Below, one piece after another: positions 25,623 to 39,589 of a DNA stretch of 64,000 bases. How positions within the stretch are numbered: position 1 is the stretch's first letter; the number at the start of each line of letters is the position of its first letter. The stretch is from Octopus bimaculoides. Taxonomy: Eukaryota. The DNA is taken from contig NC_069001.1 in assembly GCF_001194135.2 (NCBI RefSeq), forward strand, positions 20,180,047 to 20,244,046. The letters are read 5' to 3'. The translations under genes were made by a program, and so were the position numbers. The notes under the pieces are model-generated. The model saw only the letters and a program-made list of their open reading frames with translations. It made no database searches and was not told where the DNA came from.

Positions 25623-28600
25623 ATGTTAGTTTGGATTGGATAATACCTGTGTATCGCTTACTTGAGCAGCATTCGATACAAACCACATCTAGCTAGCCAC
25701 ATCTATATGTATGTGTGTGTATACATTTATATGGCTATATGTGTTTATGTATGTATTTTAATGATTTTTAAATCAGCAGAAAATTACAAAAGTACAGATT
25801 TACTGAAAGGTTCATAGATAGCACTTAACAAACTAACTTCAAAATCATAGTCTCTCTCATAAAGTAATAATTTATAACTTTTTTCTGGTATGTTCAGTCA
25901 AAACATATTATTGGAGAGTTATATGATAATCAAAAAATATTGATTTCGAATTTCAAGGCCAGCAATTTCAAGGGAAAGGGTAAATTGATAAAATCAATCC
26001 CAGTGTTCGACTGCTATTTTATCGACCTTGAAAGAATGAAAGGCAAAGTTGACTTTGGCGGAATTTGACCTCAGAATGTAATGATGAACAAAATGACACT
26101 TTTTGGGGGTGTAGTGACATTGAATGCTTCCATTGACTTAATTGCTGTTTCGTTTCCAGGTCGTAGCCGTAGCACCAGCTTTCATCACCAGTGTCTTTGT
26201 ATATATAAAAACCAGTGTGTGTGTGAATGTATATGTATGGGCACCCAATCTGTCTCTGTCAAACCTTCTCATATTCCTAACACACATTGCTCCACTCTTC
26301 TAACTTCAATAATATTCAGCCGTTGTGTTCATATTAAAGCAGAATCTGCACTTATTTCATATCCACTGTATATCACCAGTCAACCTCCACACTTTTTGAA
26401 ACTACTTTGTTTTAAAATCCATTCCTCATATAAGCATAAATTTCTTTTTATTCACAGAAAATCGATAAATTACTGAACTCAATACATAACTGTAGAATAC
26501 TCTTTTGTACATTAGAATTGAATTATCTCTTTGAATATATTTTGATATGTACATAAGTCATCAAGAAAATGCTTTTCTTTTTTCCTTCAGAGGAATCCTG
26601 TGAAAGAAGCTACTTCAAGCTCTAGCGTTTCATTTCATTTCTATTTTTTGTGGGAATACACCAAATGTCTTCAATGTCATACAAGGGAGGTCATTCTAAG
26701 AACTCCTTATGAAACTGCATTGTTGTAAGCAATATTTTAAATATAAGTTTTTGAAATATTTCGAAATCAGCATTTTTATTGCCAAACCAGGTGGAAAGTC
26801 AGAGAGACTGGTACTTACACAAAAGATACTTAGCTCTGTGCATACAAGATGCTAGTAGTTCAGTTCTTTTGTTCAGACCATTGCTGCCTTTAATTTTTGT
26901 TCAAACAAAGGTCAAACTATGTTTTTGATTTGAAGCTACCCTTCCTATGATTGAGCCATATCTGCAATCGACCAGGTAAATTCGAATTCAGGACAATTTA
27001 CTTCACACAAGAACCATATAAATTTCAACCCAGCCATATCACTTTTTATAAAGGCTGATAAATGAATATTTGTTTATAAAAATTGGGTTTTTTAATGTCA
27101 GTTTTGTTGATGTATTTTAGGTTCATTGATGTTGTTTGTTTCTGTTTTAGTACTGTCTATTATGTATATTGCCAAACAATTCCCTGTTCAATTAATTTAC
27201 ACATCCCATAATGAAGACATTTTGTTACCATATATATATATATATATATATATATAAACACATGGCACAATAATGCCCCCAGTTTATTTAGAAGTTATAT
27301 CAAGTTCTAAATACACCCAGTTCTCTGGTCCCATCCAAAGGCTGCATCCTTGCTACATTGATGATTGTACAGGTGCCAAATCTATCTTTGCAATGAACTA
27401 AACTCCTTCATCAGGTCTTTTACTCCTCTTCCTTTCACCTCCTGGTCTTTGAAACCCCCTTCAGTTTCTTTGACATCTGTGTCTCTATTGATCACCCCCT
27501 CCTCACTACCTCCGTTTTCTTAAATCTTATTAATTCCTATTGCGACTTTTGTTTCCTCTTATCTTCCCCTACATCATACCTGCCGTCCCTTACTCCCAAT
27601 TCCTTCTCTGCCATCCCTGTATCCACAACCTTGGTTTTGTAACTCATATTTGATGCAGAGCCTGTCTAATTAACCCTTATCTAAGCCATCTTTTGTTATG
27701 CTTGTCTCATTGATCACACCTCCAACCTTACATCCTGTGTCTCTCCACAGCAAACTATCCCACCTCCTTTCTAGTTTTATCTACTCCAGTCTGTTGCCTC
27801 ACTTGTCCTTTCTTTTCCATATCACCATTCTCACTCGACCCATTTGACACATTTCCACATTAGAGACTCTCTCTGTTGAAATTCTTCCAACATAGTCTAT
27901 GTACTCCAGTTTGCAATGAACCTCAGAATATACCCAACTTTGCGAAAGACCACTTGTCACTTAAAATTTCCATTCTGATCACTTTACCAAAGGCCTCTCT
28001 TGTTTCAGTTTGGTGTCCAACCTCTTGTTCCCAGAGAGAACAGACACTTATCGTTTGAGCCAGTACTTCCTCACCAGTTTCCCAACTGCCTATTGAAGAA
28101 TTCCACATATGTTCCTCTTTGTGCCCTTCATCCTACTCCAGTTTTAGGCGAATAATTTTTACATACATGCTTCATTATCCAACCGATCTTGACTGTCCCT
28201 CTCATATAGACACACAACTTTCACTTATGTAGACATCTTCCTTCACCAACCATTTTTGTCACTGACGTACACATATACACACACATCCAAATCAGCAAAT
28301 GGACACACACATTTACTCTCTCTCATGAGGAATTTTGATTTGCACCTTTGAATCACACCCTGCTTTCTTTTCCACCTGTCTGTCGACTGCTTGACCTCTA
28401 CCAACTCTATAACTACTTAGATTGTGTACATCTTCTTTAGCTTCGTCCTTCCCTTTGCTCCTTCTTTCTTCCATTAGCCATTTTTAATCACTCCAATCCA
28501 CACAAGCCTATCTATCTTCCAACATTTAAAAGAAAACCTTCTTGAACTTTTAATATCTTGGTCATTTACTATCTTGGATTTGTTCCCCTGATTTCCTTCC

Positions 28601-29654
28601 ATGACACGCTTTGAATTGTACATTCTCTCCCACCATCCTACACACATCCTCGAAACATTTAGTCACATACATGTGCACACACCAGTGTCACTCACACTAA
28701 ACAACACCAAGTATTTAAACATACTGCTATACATATACATACTCCTCACCAATTGTCCACAAAATCCATTCATCACTCATGCCTGCTACCAAGGGCACTC
28801 TGGCACATGCATGTAACCACGTAGGACGAAATTCCACCCCACTCCTCCCGGTTTGTAACCCTTCACTTCCTTTTTTTTCTAAGGAAGGATTAACTTTTCG
28901 CAAAGCCTCTACGAGCCACCGAGACAGCTACCATGTAGTCGGTGACTCAAATAGAAATAGCAGCCAAATTCCTTCAAATCACATGTTTGTTTTATCGGGG
29001 TTAATTATAGAAGAAACAACTAAGCGTCTATGTTGGCCTCTAGATACGCGAGAAGTAGCAGCTACATTTCCTTGAAATTTGAAAATATAGGATACATTGC
29101 TTAATGCAGTTTCACGTCTGGGGAAAAAAGAAAAAGAAAGAAACAGTAGAGGCGACGTCTCGTTTAACGATCAGAAAGTGAAATTACCGAAATCAAAAGA
29201 TATCGTAATTTGGTGAAATAAAGATGCAAGAATTTTTGAAATGAAATAAAACAAACGTAATATTACAAAATGGTAATTATAAAATCCAGTTTTTTTTTTT
29301 TTATAAAATACTTTTGATATATTTCATTATAATTTTTTAAATAATGAAGTAAAATATAAGGATTAGTCAAGACCATACTATTGAATGTATGTTGCTGCTG
29401 CTACCCACAAATACATAAACTTTATAAGGCAATGTTTGGCGATTCTCCACCGATTCCTTATAGAATACTTCTGAATTATGAATTAAACACCAACGATGCT
29501 TATAAAATTCATCATATCAAAAGACAAAAAGCAAAAGACTAAAATGGTAGTCTTTCGAGTCCAAGAAAGACGGTTCTGCAATTTCTAACTGAAAAACCTG
29601 CATAGATGATTGTTAATAATGATCAGGTGTTTATATTGCACATAACACTCTATC

Positions 29655-29825
29655 CATCAAATCAACACTGCCTCTGTACAGGGGCATTGAGTGCCACATA
29701 TCTGACGCCGAAATGATCGCAGAGCAACGTTAAATGAAGTGTTTTGATTAAAAAAAGTCACACAGTCCGGTGCGGGAATCGAACACACGATCGGGTGTGT
29801 AACACTGCAAACACTAAGCCATGCG
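29655..29825 (-). mobile_element. tRNA-derived SINE
   Basis: Minus strand gcatggcttagtg (A-box) ... gttcgattcccgcaccgg (B-box) followed by a SINE body. Confidence 0.65.
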
Positions 29826-30814
29826 ATATAATTCCTTGCAATCAAGTTCCTCGATTTGATGTTGACAATTGTTGTCTCAGGGGCTTTACCATGTAGAAAG
29901 GCCAACCATTTTTTCTATATATAAACAATATCGAAATAATACTTCAGTTTTATAGAAAAAAGACAACTTTTAGTGTCATTTCATTTCTGAGTTTGATAGA
30001 TTACTAAACGAAACTCACCACGCCTTACCTTAGGCAACGGGTTAAGGAGATAGGAAATTTCTTTTAAAATACTATGGTAACATTAAGTCACTACCTATTC
30101 CCCTTAAACATTTCGAAGACAGGTGGCAACGTGAATTGGAAGAAAAAAATAAAAATATCTTTACATGTACAAGATCGCGGTCAAACTAGAACGGAAATAA
30201 AACAGAATTATTCGGGTCAAAAGTGAAACTGAGATGAGGTGTTAATCAAGATCTATTTTCCTAGATATACCATTCCTCCACTCACCTGACTAGACTACAC
30301 GTGTAAATAGTGTGGGATATGTTGTGGATAGTCCTAACTTTATTTTGAGACAGTAGGATGTAGTTTGACGGTAATTTGGTTGCTATTTCTAGCTGGTGGT
30401 ACAGGGTTCCTATTCCAAGGGAAACAACCAATCTACTTCACTTTAATTCCTCGACACACTTCCCTTTAAAGGTTTGTATTTTATGGAATATTTTAAAGAG
30501 ATTTTATTAACAGAATTGATTCTTTGTTTTATAACACCGTTTTATGTTTATTGGCGTAACTACGGGTTGATGCGCCGATTTTGTTTCTTCGTAACTTTTC
30601 GAAAAATGTTTGTTTTCCTAATTAAATTTTGCAGGAATACGTTTTCGAGTGTGTCAAGTATGATTTTGTTTATAATTTTTTTTTTTTGACAGTTTCTTGT
30701 AACTTTAACATTTTCCACTTGTTTTTCAGATTTAAATGTATAAAATATCAACATTAAAGAATACATTACGTTAACAACACACTCGGAAATGTATTTCTTT
30801 AAAATGAACAAAAG

Positions 30815-31777
30815 NNNNNNNNNNNNNNNNNNNNNNNNNNNNNNNNNNNNNNNNNNNNNNNNNNNNNNNNNNNNNNNNNNNNNNNNNNNNNNNNNNNNNN
30901 NNNNNNNNNNNNNNNNNNNNNNNNNNNNNNNNNNNNNNNNNNNNNNNNNNNNNNNNNNNNNNNNNNNNNNNNNNNNNNNNNNNNNNNNNNNNNNNNNNNN
31001 NNNNNNNNNNNNNNNNNNNNNNNNNNNNNNNNNNNNNNNNNNNNNNNNNNNNNNNNNNNNNNNNNNNNNNNNNNNNNNNNNNNNNNNNNNNNNNNNNNNN
31101 NNNNNNNNNNNNNNNNNNNNNNNNNNNNNNNNNNNNNNNNNNNNNNNNNNNNNNNNNNNNNNNNNNNNNNNNNNNNNNNNNNNNNNNNNNNNNNNNNNNN
31201 NNNNNNNNNNNNNNNNNNNNNNNNNNNNNNNNNNNNNNNNNNNNNNNNNNNNNNNNNNNNNNNNNNNNNNNNNNNNNNNNNNNNNNNNNNNNNNNNNNNN
31301 NNNNNNNNNNNNNNNNNNNNNNNNNNNNNNNNNNNNNNNNNNNNNNNNNNNNNNNNNNNNNNNNNNNNNNNNNNNNNNNNNNNNNNNNNNNNNNNNNNNN
31401 NNNNNNNNNNNNNNNNNNNNNNNNNNNNNNNNNNNNNNNNNNNNNNNNNNNNNNNNNNNNNNNNNNNNNNNNNNNNNNNNNNNNNNNNNNNNNNNNNNNN
31501 NNNNNNNNNNNNNNNNNNNNNNNNNNNNNNNNNNNNNNNNNNNNNNNNNNNNNNNNNNNNNNNNNNNNNNNNNNNNNNNNNNNNNNNNNNNNNNNNNNNN
31601 NNNNNNNNNNNNNNNNNNNNNNNNNNNNNNNNNNNNNNNNNNNNNNNNNNNNNNNNNNNNNNNNNNNNNNNNNNNNNNNNNNNNNNNNNNNNNNNNNNNN
31701 NNNNNNNNNNNNNNNNNNNNNNNNNNNNNNNNNNNNNNNNNNNNNNNNNNNNNNNNNNNNNNNNNNNNNNNNNNNNN
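30815..31777. other. Assembly gap (963 N) in the CpG-retaining region
   Basis: Run of N. Confidence 1.
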
Positions 31778-34700
31778 CCTCCCCCTCTTTCACTTATCAC
31801 TTTGAAACCAGTAAACCGAAACAATATGGCTGAAAGTAAAATGTTTGACGAAAATTTTGGAGTCATCTCCCTTATTTTTAAGTCTTAAATATACTGAGGC
31901 AGTTTTTGTCTACTCATGTTAATCATATTTTATGGAAGTTTTACAACTCTCTAGTTGGGTTGTGATCACAAATTAGAAAATTTCGTAAGCAATCGACATT
32001 GTATATCTGAAGTAAAAAAAAAAAAAAAATTGAGAATAGTAATCTTTGTATTTTTAAACGTGGAACCCCACCCGAAATTTTCGAAAACTAGTTAAAAAAC
32101 GAACTCTGGGTGGATAGAGTGGAAATTTGAAATATAAAAAAATGTTTTTCGTTTTGACAAAATTGTAATGTTAAAAACATGAGAATCTGAAGAGACTTTT
32201 TCTCTGTTGGATGGTGGAGCTATTCAATACGTCTGCCTTGGACATGGATGAGTAATCTCAGTTAATCCATTTTCAGATTTTGGTCACAAATCGAAAGAAT
32301 CCTGTCTACTTGCGGCACAGTGTTGGCCTACTGTTAAAGTGATATTCTTCTTGCTCTTTCCGTGTCTAGAACAAAAATAACATTAACCCTAAATAAAGTA
32401 ACAATAGAATGGTTGAATGCGTGAAATAGTAACAATGATGAATGTATAGGTTGTATGTTTTGTTGTGTACTAAAATTCTGTGTAATCACGCTGCACTGTT
32501 ACAATAAAGTCCTATGAAAATTATAACAAAATTCTTAAGAAAAATTAATGATAAAATTCACAGAACCAGAGAAAGAGAAAGCACCTAAGTCTATGCAAAT
32601 TGAACTAGAAAACATTTCCTCTCCAATCTATTAAGTAGCTATGTGATTACAAGAAATAGCAGCCAAATGTCGCTAGTGATACTACACACACTTAAAAAAA
32701 TGGATATGCTGGATAATGTTTTCCTAGATACACTATCTGAAGAACAAAAAATTGATAGGGGAGTCACATAAGAATCACTTTTGATCATTGGATTGTTTGA
32801 TCAGAGCTGACCTGAAACTAAATACAGAAGTACTTATATTTGACTGAAAAGGTGTATAATTAACTGTACATCTAGGAATTAGTTCAGGCCATCACTAAAT
32901 CCATCTGTTCACAAATTGTAAATGCTTCACAGACCATTTAATTATCAAATTAAAATACTGCCTGAAGATGATATTAAAAAGCATTATGCACTTGAATGTA
33001 GATATTCACAGTATATCATTTGGGGAATAGAAGCAATAAATTTCACCTTAACATACACTTGAAGTATGAAATTGAGACTGTGTCAATAAGTTTGTTGTCA
33101 AAAGGCAAAAAGAAAACTTCTTTCCAGGAAAGAACAAAATTCTTTAGCATAAAAAAATCCTATTGAAAAACTTTTTTCATCTGTAAACAAAAGTTCCATT
33201 TTGACAGACCACTGTTGTAGAAGACAAGTGTATCACTTCTGTATCTGTTAATAAAAATCTAATAAAAGAAAATTTTGGTTAGTTATGAAGTGAAGTGTTA
33301 ATTTTGAATAAATGAATGCATAAATAGCACATGTAGTGTCTGATATAAACCATTGGGTAGGTGGGAATTACTAAATTTTTGTTTAAATATAAGTGATTGT
33401 ATACTTAGTAGAATGTATCCTCTTTCAGGGAGATGCTTGCTAATGAAGTAAAACCCTTGTCAGTATTACAACACTACAACTATTTGTTCCTACCTGTGAT
33501 ACCAATTGATAGTTGAGTGGAGAGGATTTTTTAAAATAGTAATGGTATTGGTTACATCAGTTACTGGTTCTACATTTACTTTCCCTACTGGACAGATTTT
33601 ACAAGTCTTCCATATAGCTTGACCTTACCTGAGAGATTTCTAGATATTAAATTATCGTAAGGCTTCATGTTTGTGACAGACGCAGTTGATTAAAGGAACT
33701 CCAGTACTTGCCGGGAGCAAGAGCATTTGGTCTAGTGCTATATCATATCTTCTACGCCATAAGTTTCCACTTAGTAATTAAAATACTGATCAATCCACAA
33801 TATAATTTTAGTTTAAATTTCCCCCTCCTCCTCCATTGTTTCCTACATGTTTTTTTGTCTCTCTCTCTCAAAATTTATGTCAGTTATATGAATCCTAGGT
33901 TTTAACTTTGTGACTGAACATATTGATTGACCAGACCTCTGTGCAAATCTATCACAGTTTCTGTCATCGAGTGTTTTTCTAGTGCATGAACACTACCTAA
34001 TGTATCACCCTTTTTTAAGAAGGTAGAGAATGATTTGTCAAGTTTCTTTCATCGCTCTCTATATAATTATGTATGTTCATTGATTCATTTATTTATGCTT
34101 GTGTGTTTGAGATTCATCCTTCTCCTGACATCACTTTCACGTCACCACCTCATTGTTTGCCCTATAAATAGTGTTGTCATTGTGTATGAAATAGTTATGT
34201 CTAAATTGTATGGGTGAGTGAGTGGAATGTCAGGTGGGTGTGAAAGATGGAAAGGAGATATAGTGACATAAGAGCCTCAGTGGCAAAGATATTTGAATTA
34301 TGCATTTATACACTATTCTTGCCTCCTCTTTGTGAAAGAGAAGGCTCTTTCGATCTAGAGGTGCAAAGTATCACTCAGGATACTCACAGAAATATATGTT
34401 TTTAATATTAATACCAAACATTTAAATTCACAGTTGTGAAGCTAAAGCTCCCTTTCATTACTACTCTGAATTTCACTTTTCTAGACAATTCTACTTTATG
34501 TATTGAGTACTTTCTCCCCTATTAGTAAATACAAGCACTAACACACGTGCTTGCACACACACACACACACACAATATTTGTACTTTAGGCAAATAGTTTT
34601 CTACTATTGCTCCTGGCCAAGAAATGTCTACTGACAGGAAAAGCAGGAATCATAGTGAAGACCACACACATCATATTCAAACTTGGTATGTAGGACGCTA

Positions 34701-34899
34701 ATAATACATACTCTCTTCTTCAGTTGCACTGCTTTTGCAGATTCCCATGACTCTCTATTGCCATTCAATTCCACTACTATGAATTTGAATTGGAAGCTTG
34801 AGTAATAGTAAATCTTCCATTAGCTGACTACACAACCATGGACGCTGCCTCTATGGATGTGTTGTAGTTACTCTCCTGATAGAACTTGGTGGTCCTGAC

Positions 34900-35318
34900 T
34901 CTTTCACTTGTTTCAGTCATTTGACTGTCGCCATGCTGGAGCACCGCCTTTAGTTGAGCGAATCGACCCCAGGACTTATTCTTTGTAAGCCTAGTACTTA
35001 TTCTATCGGTCTCTTTTGCCGAACCGCTAGATTATGAGGACATAAACACACCAGCATCGGTTGTCAAGCGATGTTGGGAGGACAAACACAGACACAAAAA
35101 CATATACACACACATACATATATATATATATATATGTGTGTGTATGTATATACATATATATAGGACGGGCTTCTTTCAGTTTCCGTCTACCAAATCCACT
35201 CACAAGGCTTTAGTTGGCTTGAGGCTATAGTAGAAGACACTTGCCCAAGGTGCCACGCAGTGGGACTGAACCTGGAACCATGTGGTTCATAAGCAAGCTA
35301 CTTACCACTCCTACACCT
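34900..35318 (-). mobile_element. Near full-length tRNA-derived CORE-type octopus SINE
   Basis: Reverse complement of the 37726 copy plus tail (gactgtcgccatgctggagcaccgcc); internal (TA)n/(CA)n; CpGs largely intact. Confidence 0.85.
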
Positions 35319-35479
35319 GTTGATCTTCTAGGATTCCTAGCATTGTTGGCTCAGTTGAGCTCTTCTGCTACCTCTTCAAAATCCACCATTCTGCAATCCC
35401 ATGACTTCACTGTATTCCTGGCAGGGCATAGTTGTCTCTCCAAGAGGTACTTTCAAATTGCCTGCATACCTCAATAGTA

Positions 35480-36820
35480 CATATAAGACTACTCAGAATT
35501 GTTAGTATCCCCCATCAGATGCTCCAAATTATGTGGATATGGTTGAAGACTGGCTCACAAAAAAAAAAAAAGGAAGTTCTAACCAAACTTTATCGACACA
35601 TCAGTTAGCTTCTTATGGGAAACTTCAGTATGCTCAGTGTCAGATACCCTGAAGGCTACTTTCAGGGTATAACAAGGCATAAACAAACCTCACCATCATG
35701 TTATTTATGGAAAAGATATTACTCCACCCAACCAGGGCAAATAATATTCTGGATCTCTGCTTTGCAAATAATATGGAACTAGTCCATAATGTGAAAGTGA
35801 CACGTCAATCTTGGATCACAATATAGCTGAACTAACAATGTATGGGCCAAAGGAAGCCACAGGTATATAGCCTATAAGAAACACTTAGACTTTATCCACT
35901 CCGAACTTCCACAAAGCTACCTGGAAAAAAGAATACAGAAAGAATTCCTCTAGCAGAATTAGCATAAATGTCTCTTTGTACCTAACATCATCATGAAGCT
36001 TAAACAATTCATGTCAGTAATACAAGCTATATGCATAAAATTTGTCTTGGAGAAAAAAAAAGTTAGTCTGCATGAAAACAAAATTTCTAGGGAAAGAAAA
36101 GATTGTTTAAGAGAAGATTGCAAATAAAGTAAATAAGAGCCAAAAATCCTATCTAAAAATTGATAGTACTGGAGATGAGAAAAATTTGCTATACTCCCTT
36201 GAAAAAAAAAGCTAGTATTATAGAAAATATAAAAACAAACCTTAAAGCTTTCTTTAGCTTCGCTAAATAACAACCTTAATGTCTGGTAAGGGAGGATCAC
36301 TCTTCCAAGAAAATGGCTCCCTAACTGCAAACCCCAAAAGGATAAGTGAAATACTGAATGAACAATTCAAAAATGTTTTCACTTCCCCTCTGTGGCACAA
36401 GCAAATGAGCAAACCAGATGAGTTCTTTACCACTATAGATGCAGAAGAGAAGGCAGCAGTGATTGATTACATCAACACAAAAGATGTAATACTAGCCATA
36501 GATTAAATAAGCCTAAACTTTGTTATTGGTCCTAATGGATTCACAGCAATCCTTCTAAAAACATATAAATGAACCCTAACAAAATGACTACAGTCTCTCT
36601 TTCTTTGAAAGTGGCAAGCATCCAGGCAAATTTAAAGACAGCATAGTATGCCTTATTCATAAAGATGGAAGCAGAGCAGATCCTGAAAATTGCAAGCCTA
36701 TCTCTCTAACCACACATACCCGTTAAGTCATGGAACAAATTGACAAATGGAAACAACTAATCACATTCCTTGAAGAAAATTATTTGCTAACACTCAGCAT
36801 GCTTTTTGGTCAAGAGAAAG
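35480..36820 (+). mobile_element. CR1-clade LINE fragment (end of APE to start of RT)
   Basis: PTRANNILDLCF, ISEILNEQFKNVFT, DPENCKPISLT, QHAF motifs with stops and frameshifts; truncated by the element at 36822. Confidence 0.75.
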
Positions 36821-36821
36821 C

Positions 36822-37248
36822 AGTACTTTTTGGTTATCTCACCCCCATTAAAATATTGGGTTATCCTCCCCACGTTTTATGAGAAATATCGGTACTTTTA
36901 TCTCCCTCAACTTAAAGAATTGTTCAACTCTTAATAAAAAAAAAAAAGTGAAACGATGAAACCTCATATTGAATCTGATAATAATTTTATAACAAATCAT
37001 ACAGAACTGAAAAGATTAATAAACATGAAAATTGAAAAAATTAATAAACACAAAAACTGCAATAAACATTTTACTGAATCTGATAACATTTTTATAACAA
37101 ATTATACCATTCCTATTGAGGAGGCCAAAAGTCAACAATGTGTTGAAGTATTGAATCAAAAGGATCTAACCCTTTTAATCCAATCTCTTGTCTCATAAAC
37201 TAAATTTTTTTAGGGGGGTGAGATAACCAAAAATTATCAAGAAAGCCC
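36822..37248. mobile_element. Non-autonomous DNA element with inverted ends
   Basis: tttttggttatctcacccc near 36830 and ggggtgagataaccaaaaa near 37215; internal diverged repeat tgaatctgataa(t/c)a..tttataacaaat. Confidence 0.55.
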
Positions 37249-37694
37249 CTACAACACTACGACTGGGTTTTAAGACAAAAAACATATTGCTGACATATGA
37301 CTTGTGAGGTAGAAACTATATTGAAGCCAGTAGTGTGGGTCATATATTCAATACAAAAGGTACAACCTTGTAACACAGTATTATACTGATTCTGCTCGAG
37401 AATTGTGTGTGTGACTCTGAGATCAGCTTTCACTTCTTTGTCACATATCTTTTTTGTGTCTCCCTCTTCCACTATGTATATATATATTTTTATTAATATT
37501 TAGCAGAAGTAACAATGACTGAAGGTCCGAGAGTTTCATGCATTGGCACTTATCAAACTAGTAATAGGTCAAAGGCCTGTAAGTTTATTTAGTTGTTGAT
37601 AAATGAATAAATCTATTTCCCTGTGGAATGTTCTAGAATGAATTAACATATGCTCATATTTTGAGTTCTATTTTCCCTGTTTGCACCAACATAC

Positions 37695-37725
<31 letters not shown>

Positions 37726-37728
<3 letters not shown>

Positions 37729-38028
37729 GAGCGGCTGTGTGGTAAGTAGCTTGCTTACCAACCACATGGTTCTGGGTTCAGTCCCACTGCGTGGCACCTT
37801 GGGCAAGTGTCTTCTACTATAGCCTCGGGCCAACCAAAGCCTTGTGAGTGGATTTGGTAGACGGAAACTGAAAGAAGCCTGTTGTATATATGTATATGTA
37901 TGTGTGTGTATATGTTTGTGTGTCTGTGTTTGTCCCCCCCAACATCGCTTGACAACCGATGGTGGTGTGTTTACGTCCCTGTAACTTAGCGGTTCGGCAA
38001 AAGAGACTGATAGAATAAGTACTAGGTA
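37726..38028 (+). mobile_element. Young tRNA-derived CORE-type SINE, 3' end lost in gap
   Basis: ggctgtgtggtaag (A-box), gggttcagtccc (B-box), ccttgggcaagtgtcttctactatagcc core-like segment. Confidence 0.85.
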
Positions 38029-38221
38029 NNNNNNNNNNNNNNNNNNNNNNNNNNNNNNNNNNNNNNNNNNNNNNNNNNNNNNNNNNNNNNNNNNNNNNNN
38101 NNNNNNNNNNNNNNNNNNNNNNNNNNNNNNNNNNNNNNNNNNNNNNNNNNNNNNNNNNNNNNNNNNNNNNNNNNNNNNNNNNNNNNNNNNNNNNNNNNNN
38201 NNNNNNNNNNNNNNNNNNNNN
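38029..38221. other. Assembly gap (193 N)
   Basis: Run of N. Confidence 1.
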
Positions 38222-39249
38222 TATACACACACATACATATGAAAAATATATTCACGTGTATGTATAGATACCCTACTATACAGATGAAGGCACATATTCC
38301 CAAACTCACTCTTGTTTTAGTTCAGTTACAGAAGTTTGAAGTGATGAGGGTGGCTTTAAATCTTGAGAAATGTCTTGAGTTTTTTTTTTTTTTCTTTTGT
38401 CTGTTTTATTACTATAGCTGGACATGAATTTGTAAAAATGAAAACTCTGTAAAAGAAAAGTTTCATACAATACTGCAAAGGACAGAAAAACAAAAAAAAA
38501 CATTGAAAGTTACTGAAATGAAAACTGCATATTTAGGAATTAAATTTGCCAATATGAAGATGATTTGGCTATTATTTCTAGTTTAGTAAGAGACTGTGTC
38601 GAGATTTTATAATGATGATAGCAATGTTAGTGACAATGATATAAATACTCAGAATAACTTGTTGCTTGTCTATCCTCTAAATGCCCCCTTAATTCCAGTA
38701 ATTAATACTCTTACTCACAATTGTCCTGTAACCTTCAGTTATGTTTCTCATTACTCTTGTTACCATCCGAATTTAATAATATAATTCTTCACAATTCACT
38801 TGCAACATATCCACCTTCTCCAGATTTCATTTCACTCTTATGGCAATAATAAGGTCACCCACTACAACTATCAAAAAGCTTCCATCAAGTCAATATGGCT
38901 GCTCTACTTGCTAGAAATAGAAAACAAATTTCTCTCACACACACTTTACTTTTTCTATAAAAATAAATAGAAAGTTGATAACATTGTGTAATCTAGGTAC
39001 TGATGAAATGAAATATCTTTAGACTACGGCCATACTGGGGCACTGCCTTGAAAACTTTTAGTCAAACTTATCAACCCCAGTACTTATTTTTTTGTAAAGC
39101 CTTGTACTTATTCTACTGGTGTATTCTGCTGAACTGCTAAGTTACAAGGATGTAAACGCCAACACCAGTTGTCAAGCAGTGGTGGTGGGGACAAAGATAT
39201 GCACATATATGTGTGTGTGTGGCTACTGAAGATATGCAAAAACTTGAAA

Positions 39250-39510
39250 GAAATGAAGCCAGTATGCTTTGCTGGATGGGTAATGTCAGTGTGCATCTAT
39301 GACAGAGTGTAAGTGATCTGGGGGAAAAAAACTGGGTATACAAGGCATCAGATGTAGTGTACAAGAGAGAAGACTGCACTGGAATGGCCATGTAATGCAT
39401 ATGAATGAAGACAGTTGCATCAAGAGTGCCAATCTCTAATTGCAGAGGGAACATGTGGAAGGAGTAGATGCTAGAAAATGTTGGGACTCACAGAGGAGAT
39501 GATGGGAATC
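39250..39510 (+). mobile_element. RTE LINE ORF C-terminal fragment
   Basis: Manual translation EASMLCWMGNVSVH...VQERRLHWNGHVMHMNEDSCIK...EGTCGR. Confidence 0.7.
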
Positions 39511-39589
39511 AACAAAGGGACCCTCATATGGTTTGCTGTGCTTGAAAAGACATGTCAAGCTAAGTAAAAGTGTGGTTGCCCTTGCATAC

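Larger units (their letters stand above)
28800..32500. promoter_or_regulatory. CpG-retaining island, putative intronic promoter region (interrupted by a 963-N gap)
   Basis: CpG dinucleotides are visibly frequent here and nearly absent across most of 14.5-28.7 kb. Contains near-consensus minus-strand splice donors and an X-box-like site. Confidence 0.5.

Noticed and set aside
31827-31840. caatATGGCTGAAA|gtaaaa as first coding exon of a + strand nested gene
   Set aside because: Weak donor and no convincing downstream exon; adjacent gap prevents assessment.
30771-31866. Long ORFs of 338-355 aa in the ORF track
   Set aside because: Artefacts of the N gap; same for ORFs at 24976-25623, 37654-38309, 47515-48916 and 49483-50429.
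34740-34806. + strand acceptor followed by DSHDSLLPFNSTTMNLNWKLE-stop
   Set aside because: Needs a phase-1 donor, but the upstream MAP7 exon ends in phase 2; the LLPF resemblance may be chance.
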